This document shows, one piece after another, positions 1 through 12,900 of a stretch of DNA of 64,000 nt. The stretch covers positions 700,469-764,468 of the forward strand of contig CP070758.1 in assembly GCA_020348925.1 (NCBI GenBank), given 5' to 3'. A program made the translations under genes and the position numbers. The stretch is from Gemmatimonadota bacterium. GTDB taxonomy: Bacteria; JBHIER01; G020348925. The notes beneath the pieces are model-generated. The model did not search any database. It worked only from the letters and a program-made list of their open reading frames with translations, and was not told the origin of the DNA. How positions within the stretch are numbered: the stretch's first letter is position 1; the number at the start of each line of letters is the position of its first letter.

Positions 1-1
1 C

Positions 2-460
2 CAAATCGAATGGTTCGTCCCAACCGCTTCCCGGACCGTCATACCGAGCAACCCACTGCTGAACCCCCGAACCGTTATATTTGATGGTCGTAAAGTCCGT
101 AGAGGTGCCGGAATCCTCGCTCCATCCGGTTATGTAGATATTCCCGGTCGCATCCAGCGCGATGGCACTGGCCATGTCCTCGCCACCGCCTGTTCCATCG
201 TAGCGAGAGACCCATTGCTGGACACCGGAAGCATCGTATTTCATTGTGGTGAAGTCGTAACCATTGGCACCGACACTCCCGCCGGTCACATACACATTAT
301 CGTTCGCATCCAGGGCGATGGCGCTGGCTTTATCGTCACCACTCCCGCTGCCGTTGTAACGAGCCACCCACTCCTGCCTGACCTGCGCATATCCGGACAC
401 TGCGATAACGATGCATACCAGGGCTGCTATCTTCAAAACGCTCTGCCCCTTCATTGTCAT
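2..460 (-). CDS. Secreted SBBP-like beta-propeller repeat protein, 3' end runs off the window
   Basis: Not in the ORF track; read by hand on the minus strand as MTMKGQSVLKIAALVCIVIAVSGYAQVRQEWVARYNG...ASAIALDANDNVYVTG...ASAIALDATGNIYITG. Has a signal peptide and ~53-aa repeats. Its ATG overlaps the upstream stop codon (ATGA at 457-460), after an RBS-like AAGGGGAG. Confidence 0.85.
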   Translation of the reverse strand, partial: MTMKGQSVLKIAALVCIVIAVSGYAQVRQEWVARYNGSGSGDDKASAIALDANDNVYVTGGSVGANGYDFTTMKYDASGVQQWVSRYDGTGGGEDMASAIALDATGNIYITGWSEDSGTSTDFTTIKYNGSGVQQWVARYDGPGSGWDEPFDL

Positions 461-1347
461 CTCCCCTTTCGTGCTTGTATCTGACGTTTCATATCTTCCA
501 CCTTCTGTCGAATGACCCGAGGATAGTCCCACCTCTCCGAGCCTTCGTAGGTCTGCAAGAAGTGCTCGTACGCCTCAACCGCCTTTTCCAGCTCGCCTTG
601 GCCTGCATAGGCGTCGCCCAGTGTCAGGTAGATCATATCGTGCTCGCGAGAAAGCTTACCCAGTGCCAATTGTGCAAATTTCAGTGCTTCGTCATACTCT
701 TTTTTGGCCAAGGAGTACTCGGCGCGCTCGTAGTGTACGACTGCTCTCTCATCGTCGGTTTCAGGCTCTTCAATGTACAGGATCGATGTGTCGGGTTCGG
801 CCTCAGGGTATGATCCCGTCACCCTGTAATCACCCGGTGAGAGTTGTTCGGTCAATTCGGGTGGAATGCGCAGGCTCACTGATATGGGTACTTTTCCCAA
901 AATCACGGGTTCGTCGTCGACTGACTCCGGTTCTTCCAGGAGTTCATCCCACCGAACCGCTTGCAGAACGGGCATCCGCTCCGGTTTGATCCTCTCGATA
1001 GTCAGTTCCACCCTTGAAAACCACTCGATATTGTTTTCAGACACCCTCATCAACAAACTCGGTTGTGCGACAAACTCCGAAAAGTCCGGTACTTCCCTTC
1101 CTTCCTTCTCGGCCTCCCTGGCTTGCTCCCGCCACCTTCTCTTGGCCTCCTCCTCCGCACGGCGCACCTGGGCATTGACCAAGGTGACGTTCAGGGAAAT
1201 GGGCATTCCCCGGAGAAATGTCGTCTCACCACCTCGGGTCCGTACATTGAAATGCAAAGACAGGGGGAGCTCCTCAGAGGCAAAAGCGGAACCACAGTGA
1301 AGAGTGATCCCTCCGACTGCAAGTAAAAGTTTGATAACCTGTTTCAT
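457..1347 (-). CDS. Exported hypothetical protein with C-terminal tetratricopeptide repeats
   Basis: Signal peptide ending in AFA. C-terminal TPR-like helices (VHYERAEYSLAKKEYDEALKFAQLAL; IYLTLGDAYAGQGELEKAVEAYEHFL). RBS AAGGGAGG. Confidence 0.75.
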   Translation of the reverse strand: MKQVIKLLLAVGGITLHCGSAFASEELPLSLHFNVRTRGGETTFLRGMPISLNVTLVNAQVRRAEEEAKRRWREQAREAEKEGREVPDFSEFVAQPSLLMRVSENNIEWFSRVELTIERIKPERMPVLQAVRWDELLEEPESVDDEPVILGKVPISVSLRIPPELTEQLSPGDYRVTGSYPEAEPDTSILYIEEPETDDERAVVHYERAEYSLAKKEYDEALKFAQLALGKLSREHDMIYLTLGDAYAGQGELEKAVEAYEHFLQTYEGSERWDYPRVIRQKVEDMKRQIQARKGR

Positions 1348-1374
1348 CGCTGCCTCCCTTCAACGAAATCAGTA

Positions 1375-3172
1375 TTAATCGGCATCGTCAATTCTGATAG
1401 TCACTCGACATACATTACAGTATCCGAAATTGCAGACGGGTAGTGTTGGCGACCAGTCGTCATCGCCAGAGCGCCAAAACGCCCCCCGCGGATTCCAGGC
1501 CAAGGCTACCGATCGCCATATTTCATAAAAGGGGTAGCGCATGACACACTGTCTGTCTCCACCCACCGACTCCTCATCACTATTACCAGTCCATGGTCGA
1601 CTGTTCACATCGATCCACCCATCAGCGGCACTTCCTGGTGCATGTCGAATCGGAACACGCTGTTGGGGGTGGTGTTCGAGACTTATCCCGTGGCCCGTTT
1701 CGTGGCCAATAATATCCCTGATTGTTTCGTCTCTGCGTCCGGTTCCGTTGTAGAAGAACCAGGCCGCCCCTCTTTGCCTGCCGGCACCGTACCGGAACGT
1801 TGGATTTGACATATCGACGGTGCAGGCAGCTCTTATATTGTTTTCATAAATCTCTACTCTGCCTGCAGATCTCGGCGGTCCGATGGGAAGGGCCTCACCA
1901 CCCATATTATCCCTGCACAGTCCCCAATTGCCTCTGCGGCCGTCGCCACCACCGACAGCGCGCCACAGACCGTGTTGATCGACTTTGGTGTGGCTCGTAC
2001 GATTAAAATTGACAATTCTCGGTCCTTTTGCCGAATTAACGGTTCCTGGGCCCGCAGGAGCGTTCCCGCCCGGGTCATGACGGGCACCGTTCATCTCGTC
2101 CGGCACGATAAAATGAACATCAGCGGCGAAAGAGACATCCTCCGGCCCCCAGGCTGCGTTCTCCCGGTAGATGAGAAGCTCTTTGGTCAAAGTCAGCAAT
2201 CTCTGATGGGCTCCTGAGATGTAAAATCCCCGAAATTCCTCATACCGGGTCAAGCCGTCACCCTGACTATTGGCGGCCTGGTTCGGCACCACCTCGTCGT
2301 CCCATTCCGGATCGGTCCCATTCGTGGCATCGCCCCACCACGTGTCCGGAATATCATTTCCGTTCTCGTCTCTCGGAATTTTTGTCACCGCAGGTCCAAA
2401 GACACAATTTACAGGCCCGCCGGGCTCTCGAGGCAGGAGTTGCGCCGCACCGGGAGATCCGGCTTCAATCCAACCGAAACTCCCGTAGTCCTCCGAGAGC
2501 ACGTATACCGTGGCTTCCGTCACCTCCTCCTTCGTACGAACCGCCAACCAATGGTCGTGAGCGGCGACCGTATTCGTAGCACACCCATTGATAAAATCGC
2601 ATTGTTCCGACACAATCGTCACGGGATCGAAAGCCCCGTAATTTTCCGGCGTGTTGAAATGCAAATCATAAGCATCGCCGACGCCTTTATTCAGACAGAT
2701 ACCCTTCTCTTTCGATAACGTCGTCGCGTGGAGCCGAAAGGTAATAATTGACGGTGGTCCGGGGTAGATACACTGCCCGTTTACTATCCAATAAATGCGA
2801 GCCGTAAAAGGTGTCACGTTACCGCACTCTGGCCACCAGGCAGGGTCGCATTTCGTGATGTCAATACCAGCACATATGACAACAATGATAGAGATGGTTG
2901 TGGAATTTGAATCTTCATGATTATCCCAGACAGTGAGCTGAACGAGAAACGTTCCATCCTCCTCATAGGTATGCGTTACCACAGCGCCCTGGTCCGTGTT
3001 TCCATCCCCGAAATCCCACTCGTACGAGACTATTTCTCCATCAGGATCGTAGGATTCACTTCCGTCACACGTGATTGTATGCGGCACACACCCACTATCC
3101 GGAGTGACGACTGCTACTGCCACGGGCGGATTGTTGTACACACGAATATCCACCTGATCCGTGCCGGTTCCC
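1375..3172 (-). CDS. Large extracellular protein, C-terminal part: PKD domain plus putative metzincin-like zinc metallopeptidase domain (5' truncated by gap)
   Basis: PKD signature (SYDPDGEIVSYEWDFGDG...HTYEEDGTFLVQLTVWD). Near the C-terminus, HETGHGISLEH (HExxHxxxxxH) followed by CVMRY, a Met-turn-like motif. Confidence 0.7.
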
Positions 3173-3272
3173 NNNNNNNNNNNNNNNNNNNNNNNNNNNN
3201 NNNNNNNNNNNNNNNNNNNNNNNNNNNNNNNNNNNNNNNNNNNNNNNNNNNNNNNNNNNNNNNNNNNNNNNN

Positions 3273-6200
3273 TCTGACCCTTGTCCTCAAACTTCAAACA
3301 CAGCGGCTCCTTGGGATGGCCCTCCCAGTCCGGCAGCCCGTCCAGGATCACCGTCCCGTACCAGATGTCCGCGCACTCACCCGCCGGCGCTCCCGGCAAA
3401 ATCTCAAAGGTCACCGTCACGATCGACAACAAGCCCACATCACTGTACCCGGGCGGCAGCTCGCAATGCGAACTGGGCGGATTGGGCACAATTATCGGAT
3501 GGGTCGGCGTCGAGTACAACGCGATCTCGTGCGTCCCTGGCGCCAACTCGCGGTGCACCAGCTCAAAGCCGGTCGTCCGCGTCGTCGTCTGAACGTCCAC
3601 CACACGCATGTAGGCCGACTCGTACCACAGATCGATCTGCGCCGCCGAGACCGGGTACTCGTTGTCCAGCATCAGCCCGATACCCACCTGATCGCCGGGC
3701 AGCAGGGTCGGAAGGATCGAATTATCGCCACTGCACGTCTCAGAATACTTGTAGCCGACCTTGATCCCGCTGGTGTCCCGGATACACATCCCTGTGAACG
3801 GCAAAAACTTGATGTCCACGTAGTCAGTGTCCCGCTTGCAGTACCCCTTGGCCGCCTGCACGATGACGTGGGCTGGTAAGTCCAGAGGAGGAGCCGAACC
3901 CCTCGGTATCACCGTCAAATTCGCCACCGCGCTCTCACCCGGCAGCAAATCAAACTCATCCACATCAAAGGCGTAATCCCAACCAGGAGGTATGTGAGGC
4001 GGAAACGCATTCTCATCGATCCACAAATCGATGTTGTCGTAATACGGCTCCTCGTTGTACAGCGGGATCGGAAAAACCACCGGCCTCCACGTCGAATCCG
4101 CATCCACCCAGCGGTGCTTGGGCCAAAACCACATCTCACAATCCCTCACGTACTCAGTGGTCGAATCCTCCGCCGTCCAGACCCAGTCTCCAGTCCACAC
4201 ACCCAGCTCCATCTCAGGTGTCAAACAATGTCGGCGCATCACTGGATAGTCGATGACGATGTTGCGCGCATACTGCTGATAATAGTTGCAGCCCAGATCC
4301 TCGTACTCAAACCAGGACATCTGATAATGATACGGGGCCACCACCTGACGACCTCTCCCCCCGATTCCGCCCCACAGGACCGTGTCGTAGACCATCCCCT
4401 CAAAGGGCGGGGTGAAGAAGCCCCACTCCGCCAGGCCAAAGCTGATTTTGGGATAGGCGCTGTTGGGCCCGTCGTTGACCACCGTGGCCCAGACATCGTA
4501 GGCTGTGTTCTCACACGGATACCGCGGGCTCCAGCGGATGTCCTCGACGTGCACCGGCTGAATAGGTCGCCCGTCAGGCCCCAGATAAACATGCTCCGGG
4601 TAAGGCAGAAATTCGATCTCCACATAACCCCACTCGCCGTTGCATTTAAACGCCCTGACCTTGATCACAACAGGACCCTCAGGTTCCTCGCCCCCCGGCC
4701 AGACGGTCAGGATCACATTCTCCGTGGCCCCGGGCGACAGGGTCCGGTCCGTCCAGCTCAGAGCAGCTCGCCAGCTCTCCGGCACATCGGTCACCCTCAA
4801 TTCGAACCGCATGGGATCGGCATGCTCGTTGTACACAGGTATGGTGATGGGCGCCAAGCCCCATCTGATCGGCTCCTTGCCCCACGGCCCGTCCGGCCAG
4901 ATCGTCAGCCGGCAGCGGCGAGTGAAATACAAGGGCGGATCAGGGTCCTCGTAACACAGATCCATGTCCCGATCCCAGGCAATCCCGATGTTCCGAGCCC
5001 ACCAGTTGTGCATGTCAGGATGATGATGAAACTCGCACGCGCACGAGTCCAAAACCGTACCCTTCGGGGGCACCTCAATCCAATGCGAACACAGCGGTTC
5101 CCTTCCGATATCAGGCACGGTGAACAATCCCCAGGGAAGGTCCCAATACTCAAGAAGCGCACTCTGAGGCTCATTACACCCACTGTGAAATGTTGCATAC
5201 ACTGTGTAGTCATCGCACACGCAAAGATACTCTCCCCGGTACGGATGACTCCAGGTGATGTCCGGCTCGTGGATCTCCAGACACTCGGGCTGATACTCCA
5301 GGCAGACCTCCACCATGTATTCGTACCCGGGGAAACACTTCCACTGCCCCATCTCAGCGTTGTAGATCCAGGAGTGACTCATCGCGTGACCGTAATCCCC
5401 GAAAATCCTCGGCCTGTTCTGTCCGGCCGGCATCATCCACACGATGTAAAAACAGCTCTTGGCCGGTATCTGGATGCACGTCTCGTTGACCTCCACCAGC
5501 TCCCACTCCCAGTTGCCGATGAACTCACCGGAACCGACTTCGCCCAACAGTGTACCCAAGGGACTCCGCCCAGGATCAAGAGCACCGCAGTAGGGACACT
5601 CCTCCTTGCTGCCCAGATAGACCCACAAATTCACTGCACCGGGATCGAACCACTGGAAGGAGATAGAGGTCAGCATGGCCTCACCCTTGGGATTGTAAAA
5701 GCCCACGGCGTAGGTATCCTGATCGGCGAAACCGGGACCGCTCCCCATCAGAAAATCCTCAGCATCGTCCGGCCCCACGTGATTTATGCACGTGTCGCCC
5801 CAGGAGAGGGCAGGAGCAATCCGAAGTGGAAAATTGTTATTGATAATAAAAGGATCACCAGGTTCCAAATCGAAGATCAAGTAATAGGGATTGCAGGAAT
5901 TATCCTCCAGAAAACCTGTACTCCCAATCTCACCTTTCCCCAACACGTATGGATTCGGACCGCCGCTGGGATCCAGTATCCCTTGCGGTAGGCACGTTGT
6001 GCTCAGAGCCGTGCTCGGCGGGAGAGTCAGCGCAATCGTATACAATCCCGCTGTTCCGTCGGTCAGAAAACGGTAATACCCCGATGAGCCGTTCTCGTAA
6101 AGTGTGATGACACCGGGCCCTGTAACCGATACCTTCCCGCCGGGAATGATCTCACCGTTCACCTCGTTGTAAAAATAGCCGGTGGGATCGTAGTCGAGAT

Positions 6201-7335
6201 GGTTGTCATAATTATCCCCATCTCGATCACCGGGAATCTCCACGAGATCCGGAATGCCGTCGCCGTCACTATCCAGATCGCATGCGTCGTCAAAACCATT
6301 TCCATTAAAGTCACCTAAGCAGGCCGGGGTTCCACTCGGCGAGGGGAATCCGCCTTGGGCAGTGCAGCAGAGCGGATCGAGATTCATACAGGACCCATTC
6401 GGAAAACAACACGCCTCCGGTGTCGTACACACAGTTCCAGGACCCTGGGGGACACCACCAAGCTCATTCACACAACATAAGGCATCGGCCATTTGACACG
6501 ATCCATCAGGCAAGCAGCAGGCTTCCCAGCCACCACACTGAGACCCAGGCCCCTGCGGCGTGCCGCCCTGGTCTATGCAACACAGCGGATCCAGATCAGA
6601 ACACGACTCGTCAGGAAAACAACACCCCTCCGGTGCCGTACACACAGTCCCAGGCCCCTGGGGATTGCCGCCCAATTCATTAATACAACATAGGGCGTCG
6701 GCCATTATACACGATCCATCAGGCAGGCAGCAGGCTTCCATTCCACCACACTGCGAACCCGGCCCCTGTGGCACACCGCCGAAATCGTTCATGCAGCATA
6801 TGGCGTCCGCCATGACGCACGTGCCATCGGGCAGGCAGCAAGCCTCCATGCCAAGGCATCCCCACTGCGGCCCCTGCGGTACGCCGCCGAGTTCGTTCAC
6901 GCAGCAGAGGGGGTCGGCCATGACGCACGTATTGTCCGGCAGGCAGCACGCTTCCATCCCACTGCACTGGCTTCCCGGCCCCTGGGGCGCGGTGCCTTCA
7001 CCAATGCAGCAAAGCGGGTCGCGCTGCACGCAACTGCCGTCGGGGAGGCAGCACGCTTCTTCATCATCAGAGCAAGTCTGGCCGACCGGATGGGGCGTCC
7101 CGTCGAGTTCCTCGCAGCACAGCCAGTCGAGCATCACGCAATCGCCGTTCGGAAGGCAACAGGCCGTGGGTCCGGTGCATACGGTTCCCGGTCCCTGTGG
7201 CGCGCCGCCCTCGCCGATGCAACACAGCGGGTCGAGCTGCATGCAACTGCCGTCGGGGAAGCAGCACGCTTCTTCACCAACGCAAGTCTGGCCGAGGGGG
7301 TGCCCGACCCCACCCAGAGCCTCGCAGCACAGCCA
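3273..7335 (-). CDS. Internal fragment (>1350 aa) of a giant modular secreted protein: Cys-rich repeats, Asp-rich Ca-binding motif, duplicated Ig/CARDB-like modules, cohesin-like domain
   Basis: Open frame spans the whole contig. Contains ACCLPDGSC repeats, DLDSDGDGIPD, two homologous ~230-260 aa modules, and a cohesin-like end (PGDQVGIGLMLDNEYPVSAAQIDLWY...SIVTVTFEILPGAPAG). Confidence 0.75.
6315..7335 (-). repeat. Tandem Cys-rich protein repeat, 35-36 aa, 9 complete copies plus 1 partial
   Basis: Consensus EACCLPDGSCxxxDxLCCxxxxGGxPQGPGxxC counted directly from the translation. Confidence 0.9.
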
Positions 7336-7435
7336 NNNNNNNNNNNNNNNNNNNNNNNNNNNNNNNNNNNNNNNNNNNNNNNNNNNNNNNNNNNNNNNNN
7401 NNNNNNNNNNNNNNNNNNNNNNNNNNNNNNNNNNN

Positions 7436-9910
7436 GATGGAAGTGTCCCCATCTTCGGTGTATATGAGCTTATAATCGGAGGGAACAGGGGTAAAGGGTG
7501 AAGCGAAAAAATCCATATTGGTCGTAACCGTATTGTCCCCGAGAACCATGTAACTGGAATCGGCCCAGAAATCGACGCGGACCCAGTTGGTGATGTTGAT
7601 CTGCAGACCATCGAAGATCGGGTCCTCAGGGGGAAAAATAGCGCCTTCTAAGCTGATCTCACTCCTGCCCGCGAGAACTTTCTGCGATGTGTTTTCATCG
7701 AAGACGTCGAACAGAAGCGAATCGACCTCCGTCGTGTCATCGTCATCCGAGACGACGATAAACGTACTGTCAAAAAATGAGACCATGTACCTATGTCCTG
7801 TGACAACAAAGGGATCGATGACTGATAAGGTGATGATGGCATTGCCCTGAGTCGTATCGGAGTCGTCTGAGAAAGGTTCGGGCGTTAAAGCCTCCGGTGC
7901 ATTCCATCCGCCAGGTTTTGACCCGGGAACGACCAAGACCAAGTTCGGGGATCCCGTCAATGTATCCGCACCTTCGGGGCCGAATCGAAACCCCGGACTC
8001 GATCCCTTGGGAGATTCCAGCGAATTGAGTGAGGCCCATCCGTCGGGGTTTCTCAGGGTGTCCTCTTCCTGGACGCCATGGTCGTACGCCGTCACGCTGT
8101 ACCAGTATGTGACACCGTTCATCACATTTTCGTCGGTCCAATAATGGAGGATGCCGCTGTCGGAACCGAGATTCAAATGAGGGTATTCAGGATCGAGGCC
8201 TTTAATTCCGTCCTCCAGGTCAAACTGGGCCAGCGGCACGAATCCGACCTCCTGACCGTAGCCATCGTAAATGCTTTGGCCCCATTCATCGTTGCTGGGA
8301 TCTGAGGTGGTGCGATAGATCTTGTATCCTTCGAAATCCGAATATCCGGTCATAATGTCCGTGGACCTTTCGGAGGAGTTATCCCAGTACAGGGTCACAA
8401 AGCCGTCTCCAGGGACTGCCCTGACGACCGGTGGGGCCGGCGGGTCGGCTCCCAGATAGTTGAGGTCGTACATAAGCTGGGCTGTTCGGGCGTTGCTCTT
8501 GAGATCGTTCAATCCCTCCCCGAAGATGAGGCAGAAGGAGAAGGTGGTGGTTTCGTGAGGAGCCCACTCGAAGGGGCCTGAGCTCATGATGAAGACGCAG
8601 TCCGTTCCCTGGGGATAGAGCTCTTGAATGCGCTCCGGGGAATCGAAGTGAGGATTGGTGTTGCCCTGCGCGTCTTTGTGGAAGTAGGCACTCTCTTCCT
8701 CGGGCATGAGATCCGTATTGTCCCCGCTGATGACCTTGTACTGGATCAGCTCCTGACGGTCCTCAATGACCACACCTGGCCTGTTCTCCCATTCAAACCA
8801 ATGCCAGTCGGTTAAACCCAGCTGGTTGCCGCTTGGGTCTGAGGGTGTCTCCAACAACTTCACACCGACGTAGGGTCTCCAGTTGGGTTCGGGTCTGTAA
8901 TCGTAGATATAGGCCATGTTGTAATTGACCGTGTCCTCCAAGTCCTCTTCATATTCCTTGGTGATAAAATCCATCCAGTCCATGCGGTCGTTGATGATTT
9001 CGTCCAGGTCGTATTCCTCCACATCGACATCGAGATAGAAGGCCACATATACGCCGGTGTAATGCCAGTCACTGTTATTGATAATGGTACAGGGTAAAAA
9101 GAGGAAATCCTCAGCGTAGGAACGGCCGTACGAGATAACCCAGGCATCCACCTGAGCTCCAATGGGATATCCCTGATTATTGAAGTCGTCTCGACTGGCG
9201 AAGGGATCGTCCGTAAAGCTGAAGAAGACCTCCTTGTCGCCGGTGAATTGGCCCACCAAAACGCTGTCATCGTCGGTTCTGGCTTCGCCGTCGGGCCCCG
9301 GATCCACGGCCCAGGGACCGGGCCAGAACCGCTCGCTGTTTTCGTTCTCGGGCCAGGAATCGGGAATAATACTCGTGGCCATGATGGGCATATCGGCGTA
9401 CAGGGCTCCGGGAATAATATCACCGATAGTGACATCGCCGGAATGGTAGCGTCCCATCGAACCCGGGGTGGGGTCCCAATCGGATTGGATGGTGCCCCCG
9501 AGAATCTGAGGTTCGGAGACGGTCGGGCCCATACTGACGGAATCCTGGAGAATACCATCCCAGTACTTCGGTGTCCACGGCCCCTCCGGGATCCCGATCC
9601 AAATATTGAAATCCGGAACGTATCCGTAGCCTTTGAACCATCCGGCAGGCAGTTCGGGGATGACGTATGCGGCCCATCCCCACGTCCCTAAGAGCCCGTT
9701 GTTGTAAACCGTATGCTGCACTTTGCCGGCATCCAGAACCCCTGCCGCAAGATCAGTAGCCTGTTCGACAGCAGCGCCTTTTGGGGCGGCTTGCTTCTTC
9801 TCCTGGAGTAAATCAGCCGCCCAGGTTGTAAGGCACCCCGAAAGCAGGATACCGCACAAAATCACTATTGAAGCGAGAACGGTTCTTTGTAATCCATCCT
9901 CTCGCATCAT
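7436..9910 (-). CDS. Large exported hypothetical protein with a fibronectin-III-like domain, downstream partner of the TonB-dependent receptor (3' truncated)
   Basis: Signal peptide and RBS AAAGGAGG. FN3-like segment PPAPPVVRAVPGDGFVTLYWD...FEGYKIYR...NGVTYWYSVTAYD. Co-oriented 75 bp after the receptor gene. Confidence 0.75.
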
Positions 9911-9985
9911 GAGCACCCTCCTTTGTAATAGTTTTTGACTCGTTGAGGGATCGATTCCAGGAATCGATCCCCGTCCGCATTTTAT

Positions 9986-12900
9986 CTAAAAGTACAATCG
10001 AAAACCCAAATCTATGGAACGGCGCGGTCCGAAGTGGAAGGGGCGGTCGAAATAGGTGCTCGGCCGCGTCGTATCCTGAGTCGGATCGGGATCAGTGGGA
10101 CTGCCTGTCTCCTCATACACACCGATGGGGTTCTGTCGATCCAACAGATTGAAAATTCGAGCAAAGACGCCGTAGCGGATCCCGACAGTTTCGAATTCCT
10201 TCCGGGCCACCAAATCGATGGTAAAATACATAGGAATCCGCTCCGAGTTTGGATCCCCCTCCCGTGAGCCAACGTAGGGTGTGTAGGGTTGGCCGCTTTG
10301 AAGCTGCATGAGGATGTTGAAATAGAGATTCTCCAAAGGCTTCACACCTCCAACGGATGGTCCGAAGTCTTTCGGAAAGCGAATATCTGAGTTGATATCG
10401 AGCATGTGTGTCCGGTCGTAGTCCATGAGGATATCCTTCTTCGGCTCATCCTCTTCTGTCTGGCTGTCCCAATATCCGGTCCAGGAGTAGTAGCGGTTCG
10501 CCTTGGCCACAGAGTATGTGTAGTTGAGGGTTCCGGAATAGTAGTTGCTGAATCTCTTCTCGATGCTCAGATCAATACCCCGACTTGTACCGTGGTCATA
10601 GTTGGCAAAGGTATAATAGTTGTATGGCCCCAGGCTGTCGACATCGAAGCCGACAACATTGATGGTGCCGGCGAGGCCGGTAATTTCCTTTGACCAGAGT
10701 GTCACGTCAACGGCCCACACATCGCCCAACTGTTGACGAACTCCAACCTCCAATGAAACAGTTTTTTGGGCTTCCAGGTTGGCGTTTCCCAACAAGTTTT
10801 GGGTGACGACATCCAGGGCCTGGTTCAGATAAATATTCCTGTATTCGGGGTTTTGAAAGAAGTGGCCGTAAGCAAAATGGAAGGTTGATTTGTCGGTAAT
10901 GGGATAACCGACGCCCAATCTGGGGCTGACCTGCCACTTCTTCTTGCCAGTGTTGATTCCCGATGTCGGATCATCAAAATTGCGAAATGCCCTCCCTTTG
11001 GAATTGGCGTAGTCAACTCGAAACCCGGCGTTTATCACGAGGTTGGGGTATTCCATCTTGTCCTGGATATAGAAGGCACCCTCCTGAGGTTTGATGGAGT
11101 ATTCCTCTCTGTACGGTTCAGGAGTACGGTACAGGATCTGTAACTCCGAGAAGTAGACGGGATTATACCGTGTGTATTCAAGACCCGTCTTTATCTGGTG
11201 GTATTTATTCACCTGGGAGGTGAGATCGAGATCGAAATTCCAGCGCTGCCCCCCGTTCCTGGTCAGGTACCGGTCCGAAGAACCCTTGTATCTGTGAAAA
11301 ACGAGCAGAGAATCGCCATCGTTGATTTCTGGACGAACACCGATGGAGTCCAACCTGGTAAACTCCTGATCGCGATAGAATCCGTCGTACAAGTCCCAGG
11401 CACCATATTCGTTGACCGGGATGAAAACGACCGAAGTGTCACCCCCATCCGAGACTTCATAATCGTAGTATCCTAATCGACCACCACTCTCGTCGTCAAT
11501 GTTGAGTTCGTGGCTATCGACCCCATGAGCCCTCATCGTACGCTCGATCCAGAAACCTGAGAGAACAATGTTGTAAAATGTGCTGGGCGTCAATGTATGG
11601 GTCCAGTTGATGCCCTGTTGATTGGTTTTGATGACACCGACGTTCTTTCCCTGCTCAGCGTACTGCCAGGCCCTGTCATACGACCGAAATTCTCTCCGTG
11701 TGAACCTATCGGTCAAGGTGAGCTTCATCGATTGGTCGAGGCGGTATGTCAATTTTCCGCTGAAGTCGTAATTTTGGTCATATCCATACCCATGCCAGCC
11801 TGACCATTTATCCCAATCATAGAGCTTATTGGAATTGTTTGGATCGGGAGCGCGCCAGGCTCTCCGCCAGTGGCCGTACGAATACGTCCGGAGCTCGTCA
11901 CCGACGCGATAGGCTCCTCCCCAGAGCGCATGGTTCGTATCGGCAGCCATGTCCGCTACTGTCTCCCAGCGTGGGTTGGAGATAATGCCCTCATCAATCT
12001 GGTCCTGCAATTCAATGTAGCGCGGGTCATCGGGGCTCAACTGGTGCACATAGGTGGGATCGTATGTAATATCGTCAAATTCGTAGACAACGTACTTTTT
12101 GTACGCATGCTCACTTGAGAGAAAGAAGTTCATCCCCGATATAAAAGGAACGGGGCCGCCGAAGGAAGAAAGGTCGTCGTGGGAGTTGCGGATATCATCT
12201 CGCTCGGATCCGAGCCATCCGGCCACCTCGCCGGAGCTGTGCTCCACCATACCGGTGTAATCCGTACCGCCTTCCTTCGTAACGATATTGACGACCTGAG
12301 ACATGGCCTCACCGTATTCGGCATTAAAATTTCCAGTGATGACGACCATCTCGTTGATGGCTTCACGATTGATGTTGGTGCCTCGGCCACCGTAGATGGG
12401 ATCCTCGACGTACATCCCATCGATCATGTAGGCCACCTCAGCATTCCGTCCCCCACGGACGTGGATCTGATCGATGCCCCTGGCCTCGAAACCCGCGACC
12501 TTGTTCTGATACCCCTGAACGGCCACCACTCCCGCCTGTGTTTCAAGGATCTGCTGGACGTTGGTCACCGGCATGTTCTCGATCTGCTGGGCATTCAATG
12601 TGGTCGTCTTCGTCGTCACATCCTTTTGAATGAGGGGGCGATCTCCGACTACGACGATTTCCTTTCCGATTTCAATGACCGTCTCTTTTAGTCGAAAGTT
12701 GACCTCCGTGGTGACATCGACGCTCACCTGAAGGTTTTGTTTTTCCTGTGTCTGAAATCCCAACATCTGTGCTCGGACCGTGTGCTGGCCGACCGGAACA
12801 TTAATGATAAAGTAATCTCCGTCCAGATCGGTCATGGCCCCCAGCGTTGTTCCCACAATGATAATATTTACTCCAGGTAGAGGATCACCCGTATTGGCAT

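Noticed and set aside
3994-5991. 665-aa plus-strand ORF and many other long antisense ORFs
   Set aside because: Shadow frames of GC-rich genes on the opposite strand, with no motifs or RBS.
6315-7335. Possible CRISPR array or DGR template/variable repeats among the repeated sequences (also 38689-40580 and 54200-56500)
   Set aside because: The repeats are in-frame, degenerate at synonymous positions and encode protein repeats. There are no identical repeats with unique spacers, no adenine-specific mismatch pattern that I could see, and no cas or RT gene.
1375-7611. 2078-aa ORF in the track
   Set aside because: It reads through two 100-N joins and merges pieces of three contigs. The Cys-repeat/cohesin part and the PKD/metallopeptidase part cannot be assumed to be one protein.
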